A stretch of DNA of 64,000 bases from assembly GCF_902652985.1 (NCBI RefSeq), contig NC_047023.1, positions 12,710,001 through 12,774,000 on the forward strand, written 5' to 3'. The notes beneath the pieces are model-generated. The model ran no database searches. It was not told the origin of the DNA and worked only from the letters and a program-made list of their open reading frames with translations. Below are positions 1 to 11,372 of this stretch, in pieces; the first letter of the stretch is position 1, and each line of letters starts with the position of its first letter. The DNA comes from Pecten maximus (taxonomy: Eukaryota). The position numbers and the translations under genes are program-made.

Positions 1-1670
1 CAAGCATAGAGGAATGCATAAAGCATAGAGGAATACATAAAGTCCAGAGAAATACATAAAACTGAGAGGAATACATAAAGTCCAGAGAAATAAACAAAAC
101 CGAATGGGATACATAAAGTCCAGAGAAAAATATAAAGCATAGAGGAATACATAAAGTCCAGAGAAATACGTAAAACTGAGAGGATTACATAAAGCATAGA
201 GGAATACACAAAGCACAGAGGAATACATAAAGTCTAGAGGAATACATAAAGCACAGAAAAATACATAAAGCATAGAGGAATACATAAAGCATAGAGGAAT
301 ACATAAAGCACAGAGAAATACATAAAGCATAGAGGAATATATAAAGCATAGAGGAATACATAAAGCATAAAGAAAGACAAAGCCCAGATAAAATCATAAA
401 GCATAGAGGAATACATAGAGCCTAAAGGAATACATAAAGCATAGAGGAATACATAGAGCATAGAGGAATACATAAAGCATAGAGGAATACATAAAGCAAA
501 GAGGAATACACAAATGTACATAAAGCCCAGAAAAATACATAAATCCCAGAGGAAAACATAGAGGAATACAGAGAGCATAGAGGAATACATAAAGTCTAGA
601 GGAACACATAAAGCATAGATGAATACAGAAAGCATAGAGGAATACAGAAAGCATAGAGGAATACATAAAGCATAGAGGAATACATAAAGCATAGAGGAAT
701 ACAGAAAGTCTAGAGGAACACATAAAGCATAGAGGAATACAGAAAGCATAGAGGAACACATAAAGCATAGAGGAATACAGAAAGCATAGAGGAATATATA
801 AAGCATAAAGAAAGACAAAGCCCAGAGAAATTCATAAAGCATAGAGGAATACATAGAGCCTAAAGGAATACATAAAGCATAGAGAAATATATAAAACATA
901 GAGAAATACATAAAGTCCAGAGAAATACACAAAACCGAATGGAATACATAAAGTCAAGAGAAAAATATCAAGCATAGAAGAATACATAAAGCCGAGAAAA
1001 ATACATAAAGCCCAGAGGAATACATAAAGCCCAGAGGAATACATAAAGCATAGAGAAATACATCAAGCCCAGAGAAATACATCAAGCCCAGAGAAATACA
1101 TAAATCATAGAGGAATACATAAAGCCCAGAGGAATACATAAAGCATAGAGAAATACATCAAGCCCAGAGAAATACATCAAGCCCAGAGAAATACATAAAT
1201 CATAGAGGAATACATAAAGCCCAGAGAAATACATCAAGCATAGAGAAATACATCAAGCCCAGAGAAATACATAAATCATAGAGAAATACATAAAGCATAG
1301 AGAAATACATAACGCATAGAGGAATACATAACGCATAGAGGAATACATAAAGCATAGAGAAATACATAAAGCATAGAGATATACATAAAATCCAGAGGAA
1401 TACAAAAAGTCTAGAGAAATACATAAAGCATAGAGGAATACATAAAATCTAGATGAATACATAAAGCATAGAGGAATACATAAAGCATAGAGGAATACAT
1501 AAAGCCTAGAGGAATACATAAAGCATAGAGAAATACATCAAGCCCAGAGGAATACACAAAACCCAGAGCTATACTTTCAACTAAGTGATGTACATAAAAC
1601 CCACAAAAATATCAAACCAAGAGAAATACATAAAACCGAGAGAAATACATAAAACCAAGAGAAATACATG
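1..1670. repeat. 19-bp tandem satellite (consensus AAAGCATAGAGGAATACAT), runs off the window start
   Basis: Visible 19-bp periodicity, decaying after ~1560; exact 95-bp (5-unit) duplication at 1021/1116. Confidence 0.95.
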
Positions 1671-2299
1671 GAGCCCAGCAGGTCATCTATCATATTGCAT
1701 CATTTGTATTTTACCAAACATAAAAAAAAAAGAAAAATAATAAAAAGTAAAATAAAATAAAATGAAGGAGTCCGTCATAGATTGTTGTACATGCATCCTC
1801 ATTACTGGTATACCCTTATGCATACCGGAAGTATGGGTTGGTAAATCGGTGAAATGTATCAAACGTACATTGTATCAATGTTACTTCATCAAGGAACAAA
1901 CACAAAACATATAGTATGTATTTAAACAGGAAAGGTGTCTCTATATATAACCTGGAAATCCAAACCAAGTTCTGGATATTGATTACGCTATTGTTGCAGA
2001 CTAGTAATGGCACACTCGCTCAACCGGAACAATAAAAAATCTTCTTTCGGTTTGGATTGCGCCATTTAAACGTGGTGCATAACATAGTGCTGTGGATTTA
2101 AAACATATCATTGTTTACACCAGTCTCCGAAAATCGACAATGAAGTGGATCAGTTGGTATGTATTAACCAAGCTGATGTTTATTAATGCAATGACTCTAG
2201 TTACAAATTTAAAACATATACTACACACTCTCGACATTAGTGTATATGATAGTAGACTGCCAGTTGCTAAGTATATAGATATATACGTATGTACATGTA

Positions 2300-3507
2300 C
2301 AGTGGAACTTCGTTAACTCGAAGTCGACGGGACCACGAAAAAACTTCGAGTTATCCGAGTGTTCGAATTAAGCGAGTTATCGGTTTTGGTGAAAAGTTTG
2401 GTCAATATTTGTCAACATTATATAATCATTATAACTTCGCTCTGTCGCTCATCAGTTTAGTGTGAAGACTGGTCAATACATGTAAATATATATGTAATGT
2501 TTCGTTATGTCACTTGTAATTTGGTGTAGTTTTGCCGATATACAGTCACGATAAAGTTTCTTTCACTTAGTCACTTCAATAACGATCTGATGTGCAAGTC
2601 ATGTTTGCAAAAGGTAAACGATAAAACGGAATTCGACAAAATAACAAGTTATTAATGTCAAAACAAATAACCGTTTAAGTTTAACACAGATTGCATACAA
2701 AACGTAACAGAACCATTACCTCTTATTGGACATATATAAAATACTGTTTGATCGGCCTACTTACTTTTTATTGATAACCACGCCATTTCCATGTGTATTA
2801 GCACCGGAAGTTGGGCTGCGCATGTGCGTATAAAATGTTACTGTAACTGAGTTGGCGTTTTATCCGATTTAATAGACAGCACTGACCGTTAAAGTTGTAC
2901 TCTGAACACCACGGCAGTAATTACGCTATTGTTTCAGCAGTTTAAAGATTTAATAGGCGCCGGTGACCGTGTCATTTCTACACCTGTAAAAACATCAGCC
3001 GGGTAGATCTACCGGTGTGTCAGAGATTAGTTCCGCTTGAGCGAACGGGTAGATGAGTTGTTGACTATTGTGTGTACTGATATCGGCGACCGCCTTGGGA
3101 AATTACCTGATGTAAGTAAAGCAGTACTTTTTATCACCAAGACTTGTTGTTATAAGATTCAACCGACAATTTCTTTTATGAATTTATGAAACACTTATAA
3201 TAGCATGTAGGTTAGTAGTGCCGATATGTTCAGTATTACAAACGGAATTTAGCTCTTAAAAAATGTCGGCGTTTGCCACCGATCGACGAAAATTATACTT
3301 CGAGTTATTCGAACATTTCAAGTAGGATTTTTATTGTTGGGACCAAATTTTTACTTCGTATTATCCGAGTTTTTCGAGTTATCCGAATTCGAATTTTCCG
3401 AGTTTTTTTTACTAAGATAAAGAGAGAATTCGGCCGGGACCGGCGAGGTACTTCGAGTTAAGCGGGGTAATCGAGTTATCCGAGTTCGAGTTAACGAAGT
3501 TCCACTG
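2300..3507. mobile_element. Non-autonomous Tc1/mariner (pogo/Tigger-type) MITE, 1208 bp
   Basis: Perfect 23-bp TIRs CAGTGGAACTTCGTTAACTCGAA (2300-2322 / 3485-3507), TA on both sides (2298-2299, 3508-3509), subterminal TTCGAGTTATCCGAG-type repeats, no transposase ORF. Confidence 0.92.
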
Positions 3508-4416
3508 TATTTCTATAGAGAAGGAATCTTGAACTGAGGCAGGTAGTAAACTAGGTTACAGCGTCTAGATACAGTTGGTTGTTATTTACAAATCTGTACA
3601 CGTATCAGTGATAAACGAGTGTATCGAATGGATTTGAGAACGCAGTGACAGATTCAAAGTGTCAACACCAGAGTTGAATAAAATGTGTCATAGTCTAAAA
3701 ATAAATCACAATGAAGTAAAAACTGAAAAAAAGATCATTAAAAAAATAACAAAAAAATGCTACCACCGCATTTTGACGAATCTGTCGACAGTCTTTAATA
3801 CGTTAGTATCGGTTTGAATCGCCTTTTTACACATTGTGAAGTCCACAAGGCATTTAGACGGACATGTTGACGGACTTAAATTGTTGACGGTCGTTAATAC
3901 AATGGGGACAGCAGATACAATGCACACACCCTACATGCAGTAACACGACAAGTCATAACTATAAAGAGCCAGCATATATATAGAGATAACAACCATTCAG
4001 CGACACCGAAGACCGATATTTCCTTAATAATTACCCAGCTTCAGTTGAAAAGCATGTTATGTATTTCTACTAGTTATCTCATGATAATGATGCTGACGAG
4101 AGTCTACAGTTTAGTGTTATGATAACGAACCAGAGAAGACCTACTTACTATGTAATAAAAGTTAGCTGAAGGCTTATATTCTTTATAGAGGGAAATATAG
4201 ATAAATCTGAAAAATAAATGACTTCAACAGCGAATTGAAATACAATAATTACTTCAATAGAGCAGGGGAAATGGACTAACCGACCAAAGCACAGCTTGTT
4301 AACTATAAGTATAATTATGGTTCTAGAATCATGTTAGTATATAAACATGGCTGTGGCTGTCTTTTTTATCCTCCCGAGTGCGTTTATCGGGTAATATATG
4401 TACATGTTTACCAAGA

Positions 4417-4522
4417 AACAAAAATATATAAATGAATAGATAAATATAAATAGATAAATATAAATAGATAAATAAATAAATAAATATAAAAAAAACCAAA
4501 AAAACAACAACAATAAACAAAC
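4417..4522. repeat. (AAAT/ATAAAT)n and (AAC)n low-complexity microsatellite
   Basis: Seen directly. Confidence 0.8.
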
Positions 4523-4892
4523 ACTTTACATGCATGTGCGTCTATTTTCGGCTGCCATGTAGTTAAGTGGTAATATGACTGTAATCAGAGAATTCAAAAC
4601 GAGATTCTACCGTCGTAGATAGTGACGTATAGCATATGTAAGGCTTCATCCCGATAAAAAAAGTTATTTTATCCGGAGCGGGACACGTCATTCGACCCAA
4701 TATCTTAAAAGTAGTAATTAACAGATCAATAGAAAATATACAACGAATGCTACAGCTTTAATCTAGGTGGATCCGGTAACTGTTCTATAGATTATCTAAT
4801 AGGCAAACAGTATGAATTACGCCCGAGTACCGTTGTAATTAAGTAGGATAGGCGGATCCAGCCCTCTCCCGGATATGCCCTTGCTATTTAAG

Positions 4893-5163
4893 TGTTTGAG
4901 ACCGTGACGTAAAAGCAGATGTAGGATGTAGGATTTGAAGCTACCATTTTTATAGTCTGGTATGTCTCAGTGGGGTACGCCCCTGGTACGCCAGGGTACA
5001 CAATCCAAAACCTTCCTCAAAGGGGAGAACGCTGAACTAAAGGCCCAAAAAGTGAGACAATGTCAAAGGAGACATTAGGAAGAAGAACGTTGTTAAGAAA
5101 CAAAAACAAACAAACAAACAAACAAAACTGACCCCAAATTAATTTAGTGGCCTTTTACGATCT
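4893..5163 (-). mobile_element. Degenerate SINE-like repeat (MetaSINE-like core)
   Basis: Minus strand GAGACATACCAGACTATAAAAATGGTAGC resembles the MetaSINE core (GTCATACCAAAGACT.TAAAAATGGTA) as recalled; boundaries approximate. Confidence 0.45.
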
Positions 5164-5714
5164 TGTAACGATATTATCTACAATTACTCTCCAATAGAAG
5201 ATATTGTTGTATGTCAATAGCTAAAACTGCCACGGTTTGTCCAGGTACTGTTAATTCATTTATTTTGTCATACGTATTCGGATTTAGCGCCATATAAAAT
5301 TTCAACAGATTAGAACGTAGATTACCATCGGGATGATTTTATATAGAAGTAGGACACAGGGGCTTGGCACAATTTACCAAATGATGGTCTATATATATGT
5401 ATGAGACACTATAATACACACATATATATATGGAACATCATTTGGAAACTCATGTCAAGCCCATGGGAAGTAGGATACATGAACTAATCAAATAATTTAT
5501 ATCTAATTCAATGCTATAACGTGAAAATGTTTTTTTGAAAGATATATTTTCAATGTACTAAAATATCAAAACTGTTAATTTAAATGTTTCAGTGTCGCCT
5601 ACAGAATTCCAGTCAGTGATAAACTGAACAAAATGGAAACCACTTCATTGGTAGAATCATGTGGACTCTGATGAACGTGTAACAATGTCCCCTTAAAGAG
5701 AATACTCAGGAAAT

Positions 5715-5990
5715 ATGGATGGAAGAGAAAAACACGCACTTGAAGTGATAAAGGTGCAGACGAGCGCTAAGCTTGACCCATTCCCCATTTTAAAGGAATT
5801 GCTAGATCGGGATATTATTGACATTGAACAATATGCAGCGTTTCTTCAGACGCAGCTTGTGCAAATGGGGACACCATGCTATGGTATTCACTCTTTGAAC
5901 ATCTTCAAAAATACTGTTCATTTCTAACCCTGATAGACGTACTAATGCAGACAGGACAAGCTGGATTGGCACAGATACTGTTAGATCTTG
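5715..5990 (+). CDS. CARD-like death-fold domain split across two frames
   Basis: ORF1 MDGREKHALEVIKVQTSAKLDPFPILKELLDRDIIDIEQY plus ORF2 LWYSLFEHL...FLTLIDVLMQTGQAGLAQIL follows the CARD pattern (compare caspase-9 CARD: LWDALLSRELF ... FISCLEDTGQDMLASFL). Confidence 0.7.
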
Positions 5991-6952
5991 TGAAAGGGAG
6001 AAGTTGTGGACACGGAATCGCACGCGTTTGCAGGATACAAACAGACAAGCAAAAATCGATCCGAATATTTTTCAAGAATTTGAAATCACAGGTGCATGAC
6101 GCAACATTGAAAAACCCAAGAGAAGCCCTACGCTCTTTGGCAGAAAGGTATCACAAACAATTCAGATGTGAAAGTAATGCGTCCAGAAGACACTACTTAG
6201 CTGACAAGTTAGTCGCCATTTTGGGAGTTGAAATAGACGCGCACGCGATCACATTCGATGACAATCTTTCACGCCATGAGCTGTTTAACGAGCTCCAGGC
6301 TCTCGCGCCTGCTAGCAGTAACACTATGATGACCGACTTGAGTTATTACGGCAGACTTGCCAATGCTAATGCAATTGGTGGTCGTTTTTCTGAAGGAAGG
6401 AACATGCTTGTGAAAGCACAATGTTCGGCATCAAACTTCACATCCTGCTTGGAGGTAGCAAACATGTACTATATACAAGTTTATGTTCTGCTATGGGAGT
6501 TTGAAGTTTCCCGCTCTCAACAATTGAAGTACTCTCTTCTGGAAATGGCAGCGAAAGGCATAGCAAGTTTACAAGAGGAAGACGATACGATTAGAATATT
6601 GTGGACAAGGATGTTCCTCCTTAGAATGATATTCTGTTTACTTGGTATAGGAAACCGTGCCAACATTCTTCAAGGTTTCATTCCAAGTCGCGAAGACATG
6701 ATGCAGGCATTGCAATTATTAGAGAAACTGAAATGGGAAGGGATTTGGAAAGGGATAGAGACAAGACGAGAGATGTTCTATTGGGTGGCTATGTCAAGAT
6801 TGAACGCCCTGATGGGGAACATTTCTGAAGCCAAATCAAATATTATTACTGCACAGGAGCTTGCATTTGCCGGGAAGTTTAAAGAACTTACTTTCATCAA
6901 AAGCTTTTCGGAGGAATTGGAGTATGTGTCCTCCTCGATATTACGCAAATGA
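5876..6952 (+). CDS. 358-aa alpha-helical ORF with TPR-like repeats (core of the CARD-TPR locus)
   Basis: Long stop-free ORF in AT-rich DNA; TPR-like helices YYGRLANANAIGGRFSEGRNMLVKA and FYWVAMSRLNALMGNISEAKSNIITAQELA. Confidence 0.8.
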   Translation: MLWYSLFEHLQKYCSFLTLIDVLMQTGQAGLAQILLDLVKGRSCGHGIARVCRIQTDKQKSIRIFFKNLKSQVHDATLKNPREALRSLAERYHKQFRCESNASRRHYLADKLVAILGVEIDAHAITFDDNLSRHELFNELQALAPASSNTMMTDLSYYGRLANANAIGGRFSEGRNMLVKAQCSASNFTSCLEVANMYYIQVYVLLWEFEVSRSQQLKYSLLEMAAKGIASLQEEDDTIRILWTRMFLLRMIFCLLGIGNRANILQGFIPSREDMMQALQLLEKLKWEGIWKGIETRREMFYWVAMSRLNALMGNISEAKSNIITAQELAFAGKFKELTFIKSFSEELEYVSSSILRK

Positions 6953-7707
6953 TCGAACACTGAATATGCACCAGCACCTTGGCTCTGACACAGAGGTTCA
7001 GCCATATCTTGCCAACGATATCTTTCATGAACTTCCTTTTGATTTTAGGGACGATAGAAACAGTACCGAGGACTATGGCGGTCTCGAAAGCTACGTATAC
7101 CAAAACTGTTTATCTGGGAAATGGAATGGACAGAGCTTTGATGAAAGAAGTATTCTGTTGGAACAAATAACAGATGATGACCGATTTCGAGGAAGAAGTG
7201 TACACATGGACACCGAGACTGAAGGGATACATGGCAAATCACTATATCAACTCAGAAACCATGAACACGTTGTACAGAGTATGTGCTTTCCCAGTATACT
7301 CAGCAGTCCACCTCATAACTTCCGTACCGTCAAAGAAATGTCTAGTCCAGAGGGTATCTCCCCTTACAACAGTGATTCAAATGGGACCATGTTTACCTGC
7401 AGTTACTTGCATCACAAGGAAGACTGGAGTGTTTATTTATTTCATCACACGTCTGTAAAGCAAACTGAACCTGATTTAAATATTAGTAATAGGAGGTGAA
7501 CAATTTGTGGTAACAGCTGATACAGAGAGAGGACATGATATTGAAAGAAATTATCTGGTATGCTCTCCTGTTTTGGATGATGATCCATATAGTTCTATTG
7601 AAAGTGAACTTCTATTCAGTTCAGGAACACGGGAACCGGATGTCTGTTTCAACAGTTTAGTTTTGTTTGAGGATCGCGGGGAACCCGAAGGGGATTCCAT
7701 AACGTAG
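6861..7707 (+). CDS. Probable disordered acidic/Ser-rich C-terminal tail of the same gene, in two further frames
   Basis: 212-aa and 66-aa ORFs of D/E/S-rich composition abutting ORF2; no splice sites that explain the joins. Confidence 0.5.
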
Positions 7708-8140
7708 CAGGTTTTTACTTGGGAGTAACAACGATAAGATGTATTGGAAATAACTATCTCTTGAGTGTAATGCTACATTGTAGAGACATGGACGTTGTCG
7801 TTTTTGTCCTTTTGATTGATTTATCTGAATGTGTGTGTGGCAAGATTTCTGATATAACTTGTATGATTTGACACTAAATAATGATTAACTATTTGAATGT
7901 TGCATAACGATTCTCTGCTTGTGTAAAAATACAACTTAAAATAATATGAATTCCTGAACAGCTACACCAATTGTCTTACAGGACCTACATATAATATCAG
8001 AGTTGGAAAAATACACAAAAGAACGGTTTTGTTTAAATATAGTGTATGAAAAGGTTTGACTCTTGTCACATAATTGCATCGATCATTTCCCTTTAAAAGG
8101 TATGATCGTATTATATACGTATTATTTTCCGATATCGAAC

Positions 8141-8740
8141 ACAATGTGTATCAAATACAATGTATGTGTATCAAATACAATGTTTGTGTATCAAATATAA
8201 TGTATGTGTATGAAATACAATGTCTTTGTACCAAATACAATGTTTGTGTATGAAATACAATATCTTTGTACCAACTACAGTGTTTGTGTATCAAATACAG
8301 TGTTTGTGTTTCAAATACAATGTTTGTGTATCAAATACAATGTTTGTGTATCAAATACAATGTTTGTGTATCAAATGCAATGTATGTGTATGAAATACAA
8401 TGTTTGTGTATCAAATACAATGTTTGTGTATGAAATACAATGTCTTTGTACCAACTACAGTGTTTGTGTATCAAATACGATGTTTGTGTATCAAATACGA
8501 TGTTTGTGTATCAAATACAATGTCTTTGTACCAACTACAATGTTGGTGTATAAAATAAATGCTTGTGTAGAAAATACAATGTATGTGTATGAAATACAAT
8601 GTTTGTGTATCAAATACAATGTATGTGTATCAAATACAATGTATGTGTATGCAATACAGTGTTTTTGTACCAAATACAATGTTTGTGTATCAAATACAAT
8701 GTACGTGTATCAAATACAATGTACCTGTATTAAACACAAC
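8141..8740. repeat. 20-bp tandem satellite (CAAATACAATGTTTGTGTAT), ~30 copies
   Basis: Visible 20-bp periodicity. Confidence 0.95.
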
Positions 8741-9702
8741 GTCTATATTAACTATTACCTCCGTTGATATAAAATCAGATGACGATTTCTATGAAATGTT
8801 GGTTTCAGATTTTAGAGCTACATTGTATGCGTTTTCCTGTCAAATAAATAAGACCGTAGGATACAATGAAATCCTACGTGTTTTGCTGTATAGTGTATAG
8901 AAGCTGTAAACATATGGGGTGTACACTTTATGAGAATGACGTTTTTTTATTAGAATAATCTGGAGACAATTAAGTTGTTAATCGTTGTTAATAGCCAGTT
9001 AATTAACTGATACACTATTATAGATGATAAAACGTTGTGTGTGGCTTTGTCATGGATGACGTATCAACCAGTATTTTGATTCATTTTGTAGATATTTGAT
9101 AACTTCTTTCATAAAAAAACAGCTTAAACATCACACGACAGGGATAATTAAAGAAATGAACTAAACATAACTGTTCGAGTTATTTCCCCTAACCCAGAAT
9201 GCAAAACAATTATATTTCGTTAGCTCTAGACATAACAATAAACTGCTGCTGTAGAGAAAACAACGATTATCAAACGTTTAAAAAATGACAAGAAATCTTC
9301 AGAACAGGTCCCAGAATGCAAACTAACGCGGAGCCTGTGTCATGGATATGTATTTCATTTCCAAGGGTAATACGTTTATATAGATTGTAATAGAAAATCC
9401 AAAGATACAAAAGTAGTTCTGTCACCATTTACTTTTTGGAATAACCCTCGTATTTAATGAAAGGCGATTAATTCTTTTCTTTATTTCCTATTTTAGATAT
9501 TGAAGAGTACAATGGTACACAAGTACAGGTGAACATAAAAATGTGCATGCGGACATCTTAGAATGTTATTCATAATTGGTAGCCATATATATCACCAAGG
9601 ATGAGCTGGCTTAGAATAATAAAAAAAATAATAGAAACATTAAAATGAATAACATGATAACACAATCTGTCATATTATTTGCATTGGTCAAATAAAAAGA
9701 TA

Positions 9703-9962
9703 CTGCAAATCATATAGATTTCGCGAATACTTAATTTCAAGAACTTACCTCTTCAGACGTATTCGCGAAATTTACATTAAATTCGCGGATGACGAGCTAT
9801 TTGGGTCATGGACAAGACTACTATATCGAAAACCTATAGCTTGGCCGCAATCATAAGGTGTTATTCACGTACAAATGATCGCGAACGAATTTAATTCGCG
9901 ATTGAATCTCCTCACGTATAAACGCCAAAAAATCCTACGCGAAATATAAGTGATCTTTTAAG
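9703..9962. mobile_element. Degenerate MITE-like element (TA-CTGYAAA start, TTCGCG subrepeats)
   Basis: Begins TACTGCAAAT; repeated TTCGCGA / CGCGAAA motifs; right end eroded. Confidence 0.4.
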
Positions 9963-9977
9963 CCTTCTAATTACCTG

Positions 9978-10360
9978 GGGCCGGTTGTTCGAACGTTCAT
10001 TAAAAGATAATGATGGATTAAACCTTCATTAAACCTTCATTAAATGTCATGACGTCATTGGCAAATTTATGACGTTGCGCAAACGTTCATTAACGCTAAT
10101 CAATGATTAGCGGCTCATTAAAGCTTACTTAAATCACCGATATTTAAAGATGGTTGGGGGCATCATTAAACCATCATTAATGAAAATGGCGATGAATATC
10201 ATGTATGATGTACTTAAAAGACAGCGCAGTCGGCTATCCATCGAAATTTTTCCATGTCGGATGATTATACCTAAAACCAAGTCCGAGGGAGATACCGGTT
10301 TTGTCCAGAAAATATCGTTTTTAACCGTGGATTTGGTAAGAGATAAACTGAAACACATTG
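9978..10360 (+). mobile_element. Truncated PIF/Harbinger transposon relic with decayed transposase N-terminus
   Basis: Terminus-like GGGCCGGTTGTTCGAA after CTG. Cross-frame translation at ~10255-10355 gives SDDYT*NQVRGRYRFCPENIVF/LTVDLVRDKL, resembling the RYRF..E.I....DLV...L N-terminal motif of HARBI1-like transposases. No matching right TIR found. Confidence 0.55.
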
Positions 10361-10944
10361 ACCTTTTCAAAAAACACCCTTTTTCCTATAATGGGAAACA
10401 GGACAAAACGAACCTATTGTTAGTAAAATTGACAGAAGTGATCTTTGCACAACCATTAGCTTGGTTGCCAAACTCACTTTGCCTTTCCATGCTAATTTTC
10501 TTGATATCTAGACTTGTTGGAGAAAAATATGCCAGTTCTCAAAAAAGCGATCAATTCAAAATAAGGATGAAAAGCATGACACAAAAGTTTTTATCCAGTT
10601 TCATCGATAATGATCTCTTTCGGGTATATTGGTAAATGGTCATTTCTGAATTTCAGATCAGGCGCCTTTCGAAATTCAAAATTATTAATTTTGTTATTTT
10701 TGTAGAATATTACCATTATCATTATATTCATGGTTTAAAAATCACAAAAGAAATATCTCACACCATCTTCTTTGATGCTTAACGAGACATTTTAAACTTC
10801 ATTCTTAATTGAATGCTACTTAAACATGTTACTTTTTCATGTACTCTAGACATTTATTCTCGGTATTAAGGATTAACAAAGTATGATATATTTGGACTTT
10901 AATTGGAATATCTTTATTACATCACAATGTACAACATTTATTTA

Positions 10945-11372
10945 TTAGTTACTCGCTTCGTGTACGAGAAAGCCGGTGAACATCGAGTAGGTAGGCTCTA
11001 TGTTTGTTCCCGAAAAAAGGGAATGAACTCTGACCCATACCTCATCCCCCTGATCTAGCTGAATCGCGGCAGTGGATGAGCCCTGAGAAAACTTATCGTC
11101 ACTGCCCCCGCTTCCAACTGAACTTCTCCCGAATCCGACTCCATTACGGACGATTTCTGAGTTAATTCCATGTGCAGGACCGTAGTTGACTCTTAAACTC
11201 CAGGAAAACACGTAAATCCCTGGTCGTGAACACGTAAACACCCCGGTTGTAGGATGGTAGTTGTTACCGATGTTTGTTTTGATGTCCTGGAATTGTATGA
11301 TATGTCCCTGGGTAGGATTGACCACTTCTTTGTTTAAAATTGCATGGAAGGCAACGCCACTTTCTGGAGGAA
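10945..11372 (-). CDS. C1q-domain-containing (C1qDC) protein, exon 2: globular C1q domain
   Basis: VAFHAIL...IIQFQDIKTNIGNNYHPTTGVFTCSRPGIYVFSW...AIQLDQGDEVWV...YSMFTGFLV is a typical gC1q; acceptor TTTCTTTACAG| at 11373/11372 (phase 1); AATAAA on - strand at 10913-10918. Confidence 0.95.

Larger units (their letters stand above)
5715..7707 (+). pseudogene. Frameshift-disrupted CARD-like + TPR-like + acidic-tail gene (reconstructed ~660 aa)
   Basis: Four consecutive open frames (ORFs 5715-5927, 5876-6952, 6861-7499, 7507-7707; the second is open from 5828 and the fourth from 7480) can be joined by -1, +1, +1 shifts. Candidate splice acceptor TTTCAG ends at 5592. Pseudogene versus assembly error is unresolved. 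Confidence 0.65.

Noticed and set aside
185-1519. Many hydrophobic minus-strand ORFs (MYSSMLYVFLYALCIPLCF repeats)
   Set aside because: Translations of the 19-bp satellite, open in several frames; not membrane proteins.
2420-2460. Hammerhead-like CTGATGA-GC..GC-GAAG (- strand); also CTGATGA at ~38298
   Set aside because: No GAAA, no stem I/III pairing and no NUH site.
5754-5849. Small intron (AAG|GTGCAG ... TTTCTTCAG|) to explain the first frameshift
   Set aside because: The donor is phase 0 while the acceptor needs phase 1 to enter ORF2, and it would delete the CARD core.
5802-7458. Antisense and alternative-frame short ORFs over the CARD-TPR locus
   Set aside because: Shadows of the coding region with no independent features.
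8204-8900. Cys-rich repetitive ORFs (187 and 105 aa)
   Set aside because: Translations of the 20-bp satellite.
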